From contig JBEBOZ010000005.1 in assembly GCA_040396175.1 (NCBI GenBank), positions 20,265 through 84,264 on the forward strand: a stretch of DNA of 64,000 bases. Direction: 5' to 3'. Under the pieces are notes generated by a model, which ran no database searches, was not told where the DNA came from, and was given only the letters and a program-made list of their open reading frames with translations. Shown in pieces: positions 29,477 through 38,181 of the stretch. The DNA comes from Comamonas sp. (GTDB lineage Bacteria; Pseudomonadota; Gammaproteobacteria; Burkholderiales; Burkholderiaceae_C). Made by a program: the position numbers and the translations under genes. Position 1 is the stretch's first letter. Every line of letters starts with the position of its first letter.

Positions 29477-30586
29477 CTAAACCGGGCGGCGCCGCAGAAA
29501 AAGCGTATCGCTGGCCACAAAAGCCAGATCGTAATCCCCTGTGCGGAGCAGCTCATCGCCTGCGCGTTGCGGCCCATCGCCGAAGGCCCATACATAATCG
29601 TCCAATAGCAACCAACCGCCTGGTATCAGATGGGGTGACCACGTTTCAATATCTTGAATGACATGGTCATAGCGGTGATTTCCATCGATATGCAGCAGCC
29701 CTATTCTCCCCGTGATGGGAATATCACCCAGGTCAGGAGAGTGCAGAGACTGGTTGGGAATCGCGTTGAGATAGGTATCAATGGCTTGAACCGATGGTGC
29801 CCGGATGTAGCCCATGCTGCCGACTTCGCTGGCCGTAGCGCAAAACTCTGCAAAAACACGGTCAAGGTCAATCAGTGATCTGCTATCGAACAACCCCTGG
29901 GCGGCAGCTCCTTGATCCACAATTTGCTCCATGCGCCATGGATCGACACAGATGGTGGAGCCCACGCGGTAGTGCTGGGCCAGCCGTGCCAAGGCATACG
30001 CGGATCTGCCAAAGAGCGAGCCGATTTCCACCACATCGCCTGCGGGAACAAGGCGTGCAATGGCAGACATGGCCGCCAATTTCTCGGAATCGCTTTCACC
30101 TGGAACGCGCAAGAAGCCTCTGTGCAGTGCCGCGTATTGCAGTCGGTTCATGGCCGGGGCAGCATGCATGCCGCCGATTGACAGTGCCAAGTGATCCTGA
30201 AGTGCTTTGTCAGCCCAGTTCAGATGGGGCTCGAATTCATTCCAATAGTTCTGGAATGGGTGATCGTTGCACAGAGTGAATGCATATTTCTCGGCATCGC
30301 CATCTGGACCTTTTTTTAAGATGTTCTTGAAATGAGACCAGACCCCATGGTGGGGTGAATGGATATGCGTAATATGGTGATTTTCTAGCGCGCTTTCAAA
30401 GGTTGTGTTGAAAGCAGGGTCGGTGATATAGGGAAGTGATATTATTTCTTCGAAGTATTTTGAAGGAGAATGCAGCGGAACAGAGCTGGCCCCAATCACA
30501 GAAAAACCTAGCTGTTTTGCTGTCTTTGCAATATTTTCTGCACCATCAATTACCGCGGGAAATATAAGCAATGTCGGTTTTTTCAT
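29477..30586 (-). CDS. Class I SAM methyltransferase (Methyltransf_24-like) with an N-terminal extra domain
   Basis: VVEIGSLFGRS, LLHIDGNHRY, GGWLLLDDY. Confidence 0.8.
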   Translation of the reverse strand: MKKPTLLIFPAVIDGAENIAKTAKQLGFSVIGASSVPLHSPSKYFEEIISLPYITDPAFNTTFESALENHHITHIHSPHHGVWSHFKNILKKGPDGDAEKYAFTLCNDHPFQNYWNEFEPHLNWADKALQDHLALSIGGMHAAPAMNRLQYAALHRGFLRVPGESDSEKLAAMSAIARLVPAGDVVEIGSLFGRSAYALARLAQHYRVGSTICVDPWRMEQIVDQGAAAQGLFDSRSLIDLDRVFAEFCATASEVGSMGYIRAPSVQAIDTYLNAIPNQSLHSPDLGDIPITGRIGLLHIDGNHRYDHVIQDIETWSPHLIPGGWLLLDDYVWAFGDGPQRAGDELLRTGDYDLAFVASDTLFLRRRPV

Positions 30587-30592
30587 AGGCGA

Positions 30593-31462
30593 TCAGAGGG
30601 AAATTTTTTTACTTTTGGACTTGATCAGCAAGTCCACATAGCCTTTTCCGAAATTGGCTCTTTTCCGAACGTATGCGTCAAATGGGGCAATTTCTTGGGG
30701 TGTCAATGGCGTCTTGAAGCGATCTGCCAAAGAGGTGTTGTGAAAAGTCGGCGGTGATAACTCAATCACATCAAAATTTTCCACCAGATAGGTCAGGAAA
30801 GCATGAGAGCCCTGCGCGTCTACTTTATCTATCCATGCCGGTGCAAACTCTGTTCGAACAAGGAAATTATGATTCCGTTTGAAGAATTCTTCACCACCTT
30901 GAAGCACCTTGAAGTCATACCCTTGGGTGTCAATTTTAATGAATACCGACTTGTCGTCGGGAAATTTTGACAGAAGGCCTGACAACGTATTCTGGGAAAC
31001 TGCATAACTTGGTGTGTCGTCTCCGCTGGCAACACGACCATCGACAGAGAATCCCGGGCATTCTAGGAACCCCACATCCTCTGCCGAGTCGCCCATCGCA
31101 ATGTTCTTCAGCTCATAGCATTCTATCGAGTTGATCTCCATATTTTTCTTATAGAGCGATGCAAGGCTTGCATTGGGTTCGATTGCAATAATCTCCGTTT
31201 CAGGAAAATTTTCTGCAAAGCAAACAGAAGAAAATCCAATATTGGCGCCGATATCTACAATCAACTGGGGAGCAATAAGATTTCTTATCTCCTCGTATAC
31301 TGGATGGTGAAACTCTGACCAGGCATTGTCTGTCTGATAGATGCCTCCACCCATGCTGCAGTCGATCTTGAGTTGGCTTTCCCCGAAATGGATCAAATCT
31401 CCGCGCCGTTGGCATATTTCAGCATAGAGTTCTGAATTGGAGAAAGATTTTAATGCATTCAT
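30593..31462 (-). CDS. FkbM-family methyltransferase
   Basis: IVDIGANIGFSS, IAIEPN, FIKIDTQGYDFKVLQG; ATGA overlap with the upstream gene. Confidence 0.88.
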   Translation of the reverse strand: MNALKSFSNSELYAEICQRRGDLIHFGESQLKIDCSMGGGIYQTDNAWSEFHHPVYEEIRNLIAPQLIVDIGANIGFSSVCFAENFPETEIIAIEPNASLASLYKKNMEINSIECYELKNIAMGDSAEDVGFLECPGFSVDGRVASGDDTPSYAVSQNTLSGLLSKFPDDKSVFIKIDTQGYDFKVLQGGEEFFKRNHNFLVRTEFAPAWIDKVDAQGSHAFLTYLVENFDVIELSPPTFHNTSLADRFKTPLTPQEIAPFDAYVRKRANFGKGYVDLLIKSKSKKISL

Positions 31463-32583
31463 ATCTTTGTCACATTGATGGGAACAAAATACAAGACACT
31501 TTCTGTCCATCCTTCGGTGTAGTGTCGGAGATAGATCTTGTAGTCTTTTCTGAGTTGCGTGACAAAATCATAAATTTGGATGAAATCCTGCGGATGGTGA
31601 TAACCGCTGATCGCAAGAATAGGGTGATTCTTCAAGATGGTCGCTTGTGCGCCATTGAGTGCATGCAGTTCCCAGCCTTCCAGATCCATCTTTATGAAGT
31701 CTACGCGGGATAGGTTGAAAGAGTCCAGGCGATCCACTTCAATGGAATCCGTACCAGAGTCGCTTATTTTGCTTGCGGAGCCATTGTCGCCAGAAAATCG
31801 CAATACCTCTTTTTTGCTGGAGAGTCCCACTCTGTAGGCATTGGTATTGCGTGTATTTTTTAACGCATCCAGGACTTTTTCATAGTTGCTTGCAGATGGC
31901 TCAAAAACATGGATATCGGAGTAGGCTGGGTAGCGGCTGGAGAATTCGAGACTGGTCTCTCCATGAAAACCGCCCGCGTCGACAAAGGAACCGTCTTGCG
32001 GAAAATAAAAAAATGACTCGAAATATTGATCATTCACTCGGCATGTATAGCCATGCATGAATGATGGAGATCCCGTCATTCGGTAGTGAAAAATATCTAA
32101 AAGTGTTTTCCGGGATTCATCATCTGCCAGTTTTTGGTACAAATAATCAAAGTGTTCTGATTTTTCCTGCAAAGTCGCACGGCTCTGCTGGACGTACTCA
32201 GGAGGGGTGAAAAGATCGGGGTAAATCTGATAGAGGTCTGAATGATCCAGCCACAGACCATCTCCTCGTCTTTGAACATTCTGCTGTGCAGTGATGGGGC
32301 GTGCATTGGCAACCGTATTGACCAGGATCGCATCTGCAGGCAGTGCATGCTGACTTACAACAGGTAGTCCATGCCACTCCATGGGCTCCGTAATGAAATC
32401 ATCCACCACGCCTGAAAGTTGAATATCTTTCGCGAGCAGCAATGTGTTTTCATTGCGCCCCAAAGCATAGCGCCTTTTCTGATCTGCCAAAAATACCTCG
32501 GCAGTGCTCTGGCGCGGATTGCGATGCGCTGCCCACTGGGTCAGGAATTCTGAGGGATGAGAGAGTATGGCTGGGTTCAGCAT
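31459..32583 (-). CDS. FkbM-family methyltransferase
   Basis: FVDAGGFHGET, VFEPS, FIKMDLEGWELHALNGA, LAISGYH, YLRHY. Confidence 0.9.
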   Translation of the reverse strand: MLNPAILSHPSEFLTQWAAHRNPRQSTAEVFLADQKRRYALGRNENTLLLAKDIQLSGVVDDFITEPMEWHGLPVVSQHALPADAILVNTVANARPITAQQNVQRRGDGLWLDHSDLYQIYPDLFTPPEYVQQSRATLQEKSEHFDYLYQKLADDESRKTLLDIFHYRMTGSPSFMHGYTCRVNDQYFESFFYFPQDGSFVDAGGFHGETSLEFSSRYPAYSDIHVFEPSASNYEKVLDALKNTRNTNAYRVGLSSKKEVLRFSGDNGSASKISDSGTDSIEVDRLDSFNLSRVDFIKMDLEGWELHALNGAQATILKNHPILAISGYHHPQDFIQIYDFVTQLRKDYKIYLRHYTEGWTESVLYFVPINVTKI

Positions 32584-33767
32584 GAAATAGCCTTGGTGAC
32601 GTGAAGTTTTTGTGTATGCAACTCGCAGGATGTGCGAGCAATGCTTTCCCATTTTCCGTTCTGGGCAGACCGGTGGACTGCCTCCAGGAAAGCCAGGCCA
32701 CGAGCGGCACTGGAAGGGCCAAAGACATAGGTTGAATGGTCGTGAGGTTCTTTGCTTGTGAGAAGGTCGGCAATATCGGTATAAAGATTGGCAAAGGCCT
32801 CTATGAATCCGGCAGGATGGCCTGCTTTGAACCGCGTATAGCGCGCACTGTTTGCGGTGATAAGCCGGGAGGATCCTCGGTCTATGCGCTCACGCCGACC
32901 ATCTTGCGAATTCCACTGGATCTCCTCTGGTTCTGCTTGCACCCACTCTGCCGAGGCCTTGGAGCCAAAAATTCTGATGCGAAGGCCATTCCGATAGCCC
33001 AATGCAGATTTTCCATACCAGTAATTGACGCGCACATTGTTGGGGTAACGTGCGATGCAGCTGACATCATCCAGAATGTTCTCGAAAAGCCCATAGGAGC
33101 GATGGTCTGCAACGACCTCGGTGGCTTCGCCTGCTCCTAAGAATTCCACCAGATGGTGGGCGTGAACGCCCAGGTCTAAAGAAACCGTCGGAATTTCCGC
33201 ATCATTGAGTCGCCATTTCTGGGGGCAGGGCGTCAGACCATTGGTGATGCGGGAAAAACCTTCCTGCGGCATTTCCACGTGGATTTGCTGAAGCTCTCCA
33301 AGCAGCCCCTGCTTGATCATTTCCCTGAGCTCGCGGACCATGGGGTAGCCGGTATAGTTGTATGTAACGGCTAAAAATCCGGTATGCACGTTTACATTTT
33401 TTTCTATGTCCAGGCTTTCTCGCAAGGATGTGGTCAGTGCTTTTTCACAAATCAAAGGAATTTGATTTTCCAATGCACACTTCAGTATGGGGGTGTGCAT
33501 TGGGGTGGGTGTCAGTACCGCCAGCGCGTCAATATTATTTTTCTCTTTCTGAATCAACTCACCCCAGCTCTCGTATACGCGTTCGGGTTGAATTCCGTAC
33601 GCCATCCCGGTTTGCGCGTTGATTTCAGAATTTCTGCTGAAGCAGCCTGTGACCAGCTCAAATCGCTTGTCCAACGTGGAGGCCGTATAGTGGGCATAGC
33701 CTACGGCGGAGTTGATGGCACCACCGATAAAGCCAAGGCGAAGAGGTCGATGGGGTGTGTGGTTCAT
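32577..33767 (-). CDS. Gfo/Idh/MocA-family NAD(P)-dependent oxidoreductase
   Basis: LRLGFIGG, ICEKALT, YNYTGYPMV, DLGVHAHH, GHPAGFIEAFANLY. Confidence 0.9.
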   Translation of the reverse strand: MNHTPHRPLRLGFIGGAINSAVGYAHYTASTLDKRFELVTGCFSRNSEINAQTGMAYGIQPERVYESWGELIQKEKNNIDALAVLTPTPMHTPILKCALENQIPLICEKALTTSLRESLDIEKNVNVHTGFLAVTYNYTGYPMVRELREMIKQGLLGELQQIHVEMPQEGFSRITNGLTPCPQKWRLNDAEIPTVSLDLGVHAHHLVEFLGAGEATEVVADHRSYGLFENILDDVSCIARYPNNVRVNYWYGKSALGYRNGLRIRIFGSKASAEWVQAEPEEIQWNSQDGRRERIDRGSSRLITANSARYTRFKAGHPAGFIEAFANLYTDIADLLTSKEPHDHSTYVFGPSSAARGLAFLEAVHRSAQNGKWESIARTSCELHTQKLHVTKAISC

Positions 33768-33799
33768 ACGAATGGATTCCTGAAGCTGGCGTGGCAGCC

Positions 33800-34978
33800 T
33801 TATTGCGCTGTCATGTAATTGATTTTATATAGTTTTTTGTCGGAAATAAGACTTAAAACCTCTTTCAACTCATGATGGTCATGGCATTCCAGAAACAGAA
33901 TGCCGATGCGTCCTGCCGGGCTTGGTTGAATGGGGGTGCCAATGAATGCAATTTGTATGTATTCCAGGATAGGAATATGCTTCTTAAATTCAATAGACTT
34001 GAAAATGCCGGTATGGTTGTCGGTGATCGTGTGGCGTAGAACTATCTTGCTGTCGTCAGCGCGCACCAGCGGGATGTCTGCCTCTGGATCGATGAAATAA
34101 CCGGCATATGCTGCGGCATAGTCGAAGCCAGAAGAATGCTGGATCAGTTTGCTGTATAAATCACCTGGGCATCTTCTGGTGATTTCAATCAGCCATATAT
34201 CGTTGTTATGATCCACAATGAATTGTGTGTGGATCAGCCCATTTTTGATTTTGAGTATCTGCGCCAGTTGCGTAATCTCGTGCCGAATTTTATTTTTGAT
34301 GGCATCACTGAGCTCGTGATCGATGTAGCTGGTGTCGACCGCATATTTGTTGGCGAAGCCATACTCGGTCACCCAGAAGTCGCGGGCAATGCTTTCTGCG
34401 TCAATGAAGGCGGAGTGGCTGTATAGCTGGCCTTCTATATAGTCTTCAATAAGGCAGCTTTTTGATTTTGAGTTTTGCTCTGCCAATTGAATGGCTGATG
34501 CCATTCTTTCCGCGTCCAGATAATCCAGCTTGGTAATTCCTTTACCGCTGAATGAGTCTGCAGGCTTCACAATGATGGGATGTCGAGGTGGCAAGCTGCC
34601 AATGTGCGCAATGTCATGCTTGCGAGGCACCGATAAATTATGTGCTTGCGCGAAATCTCGGAAGGTGTCTTTGTTTAATATTTTTCGGGTGACGCTGACG
34701 CTATCAATGTTAGAAGCGTTCTTGGTGTGGGAGATACCGGCACATGCGGTATAAGAAGCATCATTGCATCCCGGAATGATGCAGTCAATCGAATATTGGT
34801 CGACGACCGCAGCGAGAACTTTCGTGTCGGAATAATCTGCGTGAATATAGTTTTTCAGGCCGACGGCTAAAAAATCATTTTTATTCCCGCCAATGACAAA
34901 GACATTATGTCCCCCGGCAACCAGTGACTCATAGATTGGCATTGAGGAGAAGTTGGTATCGACCAGCAGAATGTTCAT
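33800..34978 (-). CDS. ATP-grasp domain protein
   Basis: LNKDTFR, PIIVKPADSFSGKGIT, LIEDYIEG, LIEITRRCPGD. Confidence 0.85.
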   Translation of the reverse strand: MNILLVDTNFSSMPIYESLVAGGHNVFVIGGNKNDFLAVGLKNYIHADYSDTKVLAAVVDQYSIDCIIPGCNDASYTACAGISHTKNASNIDSVSVTRKILNKDTFRDFAQAHNLSVPRKHDIAHIGSLPPRHPIIVKPADSFSGKGITKLDYLDAERMASAIQLAEQNSKSKSCLIEDYIEGQLYSHSAFIDAESIARDFWVTEYGFANKYAVDTSYIDHELSDAIKNKIRHEITQLAQILKIKNGLIHTQFIVDHNNDIWLIEITRRCPGDLYSKLIQHSSGFDYAAAYAGYFIDPEADIPLVRADDSKIVLRHTITDNHTGIFKSIEFKKHIPILEYIQIAFIGTPIQPSPAGRIGILFLECHDHHELKEVLSLISDKKLYKINYMTAQ

Positions 34979-35001
34979 TGGAGAGAATGCTTCGAATGCC
35001 T

Positions 35002-35044
35002 AAAAAAAAGCCGCAGCACCCAGTTGCAACTGAATGCTGCGGCT
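35002..35044 (-). terminator. Intrinsic terminator after flagellin 1
   Basis: AGCCGCAGCA...TGCTGCGGCT stem with an A-run on plus (U-tract on minus). Confidence 0.88.
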
Positions 35045-35087
35045 CTTGATGCGGCCGGTAACGACGTAGCCAGTAAGGGTGCTGAGA

Positions 35088-36350
35088 TTACTTTTGCAGC
35101 AGTTGCAGCACGTTCTGCGGGATCTGGTTGGCTTGCGACACCATGGCGGTACCGGCCTGCTGCAGAATTTGTGTGCGGCTCAGGTTGGCGGTTTCCTTGG
35201 CGAAGTCTGCATCCATGATACGGCCGCGGGCAGCAGACAGGTTTTCCACCTGGATGTCGATGTTGTTCACCGCATTTTCAAAGCGGGTCTGCACGGCACC
35301 CAGGGTGGCGCGTGCGCCATTGACCTGGTCCACTGCGCTGTCGATCTTCTTGAGGGCCACCCAGGCGCCGGCTTGGGTGGTGACATCGATTTGTTCGATG
35401 CCCTTGTCGTTGACGACCGACGTTGCAGCGGCGGTACCGCCTGCCATGTCGAAGTCCGCCTTGACGATGCCTGTGGCAGCAGCGGAGAAGTTCGCGGACA
35501 GAGTGACAGCCACGGGTTCGCCGTTGGAGTCCAGCTTGCCGGACATCAATTCCACCTTGTAGGTTTCCGTGCCCTCGATCTTGGTCAGGTAGGCGGTCAC
35601 GCCGGTGTCTGCCGTCTTGTTGTTGATGGCCGTCACCACCTGGCCCAGGCGCTCTTGCGGATTCTGGGCGGCCTTGATCGTTTCCAGGGTGACGGTGGTC
35701 GCATTGGGAGCAGTTCCCACCGTGATGGAGGCGAAGTCTGCAGCGCTCGCGGTGGCAGGGTTTGCCGGGATGGAGGTGCTGATGTCCGTGATGGAGGCCA
35801 GATCCACGACGGAATTCGTGGCGGCATAGGACGTGGTGGACAGCTGCGAAGCGCGGGTGTCTGCCAGCGCGCCCAGAGTCACGTTGTCGCCAGAGTTGGC
35901 GCCCACTTGGAACACGGCGCCGGCAAACGAGCCATCCAGAATCTTCTGGCCGTTGAAGTTGGTTTGCTTGGCCACGCGGTCGATTTCAGCCGACAGCTGG
36001 CTGACTTCGGCCTGCAGGGCTTTGCGGTCGCTGTCGCTGTTGGTGGCGTTGGAGGCTTGCACGGCCAGTTCACGCATGCGCTGCAGCATGTCACCTACCT
36101 TGCCCAGTGCACCTTCTGCCGTCTGTGCCAGCGAGATGCCGTCGTTGGCATTGCGCGAGGCCACGCTCAGGCCACGCACCTGGGTGTTCATGCGCTCCGC
36201 GATGGCCAGACCGGCGGCATCGTCCTTGGCGCTGTTGACACGCAGGCCTGACGACAGACGTTGCATGGTGGTGTTCAGCGAGCTACCCGAGAGGGTCAGG
36301 TTTCGCTGCGCATTGATCGAAGCAATATTGGTGTTGATAGTTGCGGCCAT
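35088..36350 (-). CDS. fliC: Flagellin 1 (divergent, 420 aa)
   Basis: [50 protein letters not shown]. Confidence 0.97.
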   Translation of the reverse strand: MAATINTNIASINAQRNLTLSGSSLNTTMQRLSSGLRVNSAKDDAAGLAIAERMNTQVRGLSVASRNANDGISLAQTAEGALGKVGDMLQRMRELAVQASNATNSDSDRKALQAEVSQLSAEIDRVAKQTNFNGQKILDGSFAGAVFQVGANSGDNVTLGALADTRASQLSTTSYAATNSVVDLASITDISTSIPANPATASAADFASITVGTAPNATTVTLETIKAAQNPQERLGQVVTAINNKTADTGVTAYLTKIEGTETYKVELMSGKLDSNGEPVAVTLSANFSAAATGIVKADFDMAGGTAAATSVVNDKGIEQIDVTTQAGAWVALKKIDSAVDQVNGARATLGAVQTRFENAVNNIDIQVENLSAARGRIMDADFAKETANLSRTQILQQAGTAMVSQANQIPQNVLQLLQK

Positions 36351-36441
36351 TGCTGTTCCTCTAGTGAAAGGGCGGGTTGCATCGCATCGCTACTGAAACC
36401 GTGGGCACAAATAAGCGACAGGCAACGCTAGCGATGGGGGA

Positions 36442-36479
36442 ATTCTTCTATGGAGGGCCGTTCGGCATAGCGGGAATAA
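36442..36479 (-). promoter_or_regulatory. Class-2-type promoter of flagellin 1
   Basis: Minus strand TTATTCC-N25-AAGAAT; no sigma-28 box seen on this strand. Confidence 0.55.
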
Positions 36480-36582
36480 GCGCAGCAATCACCGTACTTC
36501 TCGGTCCTTCGTGCAAGGAAGGGCGACAGAAGGGGGCTCCACCGTGGCGCAACGGTCTGTGCAGGTGGGTGCGAAAAAAAGC

Positions 36583-36609
36583 TAAAGAAATTTCCAGGGA
36601 GCCCGATAA
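36583..36609 (+). promoter_or_regulatory. Sigma-28 promoter of flagellin 2
   Basis: TAAA-N15-CCCGATAA. Confidence 0.9.
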
Positions 36610-36728
36610 CAGTTTTGTACGGAGCAAGCACGCAGCCTCAAGGGGGTGCAAAGGTCCACAGAGACAACCGCAAGCACCGGCAAAAGCAAACGTTCATCAA
36701 CTATCGCCTGGATAAAAGGAATCGCATC

Positions 36729-37958
36729 ATGGCCATGACCATCAACACCAACATCGTTTCGATCAACGCCCAACGCAACCTGGGCCTGTCCGGCAGTTCG
36801 CTCGGCACCGCAATGCAGCGTCTGTCTTCGGGTCTGCGTGTCAACAGCGCCAAGGACGATGCCGCCGGTCTGGCCATTTCCCAGCGGATGAGCACCCAGG
36901 TGCGTGGCCTGACTGTGGCGGCCCGCAATGCCAACGACGGCATCTCGCTGGCGCAAACCGCGGAAGGTGCGCTGGGCAAGGTGGGTGACATGCTGCAGCG
37001 CATGCGTGACCTGGCTGTTCAATCCAGCAACGCCACCAACAGCAAGAGCGACCGCGAAGCCCTGCAGGCCGAGCTGAGCCAGCTGCGTGACGAAGTGGAC
37101 CGTGTGGCCAAGACCACGACCTTCAACGGCGCCAAGCTGCTGGACGGGAGCTTCACCGGCGGCGTGTTCCAGGTGGGTGCCAATTCCGGCGACAACATCA
37201 CCGTGGGTGCCCTGAGCAACACCAAGGTGACTGAACTGGGCAATTCGGTGTACGGCTCTGGCGCTACCACTGCAGCGACCGCCGAGGCACTGCAAACCAC
37301 CTTGGCTGGTAACGGTACGGTCGCTGCTGCGGACGTGACGATCGGTATCCAGGGGGCCGATTCGACCACGGTGCATACGGTCACGATCAAGGCCGATGCG
37401 AACATGACCAAGGAACAGGCGCTGGGCAAGACGATCGAAGCGATCAACTCCAAGACGGCTGACACCGGCGTGACGGCTTTCCTGGAAGAAGACGCAGCCG
37501 GCGTGATGCAGATCCAGATCCGTGCGACCGCGGAACAAGCAGGAAATGCCACCAGTGTTGCCGTCACCTACAGCACGGGCACCAACGTGACCGGTACGGG
37601 TGCAAACCTGGTGGCCGCCGCGAGCGTGACCGATTCGGGCAGCAAGGGTATCGACCAACTGGATATCAGCACCCAGTCGGGCTCTTGGGAAGCGCTGCAG
37701 CGTATTGACGGTGCCATCGACTCGGTGAGTTCCGCACGGGCCGGCCTGGGTGCCATCCAGACCCGCTTTGAGAAGTCGATCGAGAACATCGAGTCGATGA
37801 ACGAAAACCTGACGGCTGCCCGTGGTCGCATCATTGATGCCGACTTCGCCAGCGAAACCGCCGCCCTGAGCCGTGCGCAGATCCTGCAGCAAGCGGGTAC
37901 CGCGATGGTGTCCCAAGCCAACCAGCTGCCCCAGCAAGTGCTGAGCCTGCTGAAGTAA
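36729..37958 (+). CDS. fliC: Flagellin 2 (409 aa)
   Basis: Flagellin N- and C-terminal motifs; AAGGA SD before ATG 36729. Confidence 0.97.
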   Translation: MAMTINTNIVSINAQRNLGLSGSSLGTAMQRLSSGLRVNSAKDDAAGLAISQRMSTQVRGLTVAARNANDGISLAQTAEGALGKVGDMLQRMRDLAVQSSNATNSKSDREALQAELSQLRDEVDRVAKTTTFNGAKLLDGSFTGGVFQVGANSGDNITVGALSNTKVTELGNSVYGSGATTAATAEALQTTLAGNGTVAAADVTIGIQGADSTTVHTVTIKADANMTKEQALGKTIEAINSKTADTGVTAFLEEDAAGVMQIQIRATAEQAGNATSVAVTYSTGTNVTGTGANLVAAASVTDSGSKGIDQLDISTQSGSWEALQRIDGAIDSVSSARAGLGAIQTRFEKSIENIESMNENLTAARGRIIDADFASETAALSRAQILQQAGTAMVSQANQLPQQVLSLLK

Positions 37959-38181
37959 GTGACACCGTATCCAGATGCACGCACACCGCGAAAGTCTGGG
38001 TACAGCGTGTGAATCTATGACCCCGTGCCCTGCACCCCCCTCTCTCGCAGGGCATGGATCCGGAATTACGGGCAGATCACTGCCTGAAAACAAGGTGTCA
38101 ACCGTTCTTGTGCTTGAGCAAATGAGAATGGTTTGACGCTATCCATCACTGTGTGAGCGTTAGAAAAGAAGGGGAAATCAA

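Noticed and set aside
26507-34978. Island as a prophage or integrative element
   Set aside because: No integrase, transposase, tRNA or flanking direct repeats seen
36351-36728. Hin/hix-type site-specific inversion of the flagellin promoter
   Set aside because: No invertase gene in the window and no short inverted crossover sites seen inside the spacer; only the coding-region repeats were kept as a finding
36700-36728. Paired GGA motifs at the flagellin 2 RBS suggesting CsrA control
   Set aside because: One GGA is simply the SD, and no csrA or fliW gene is in the window
37975-38015. CACACCGCGAAAGTCTGGG resembling the GAAA-loop P2 stem of a c-di-GMP-I riboswitch
   Set aside because: The following GCAAAGC and P3 elements are missing and the stem pairs poorly
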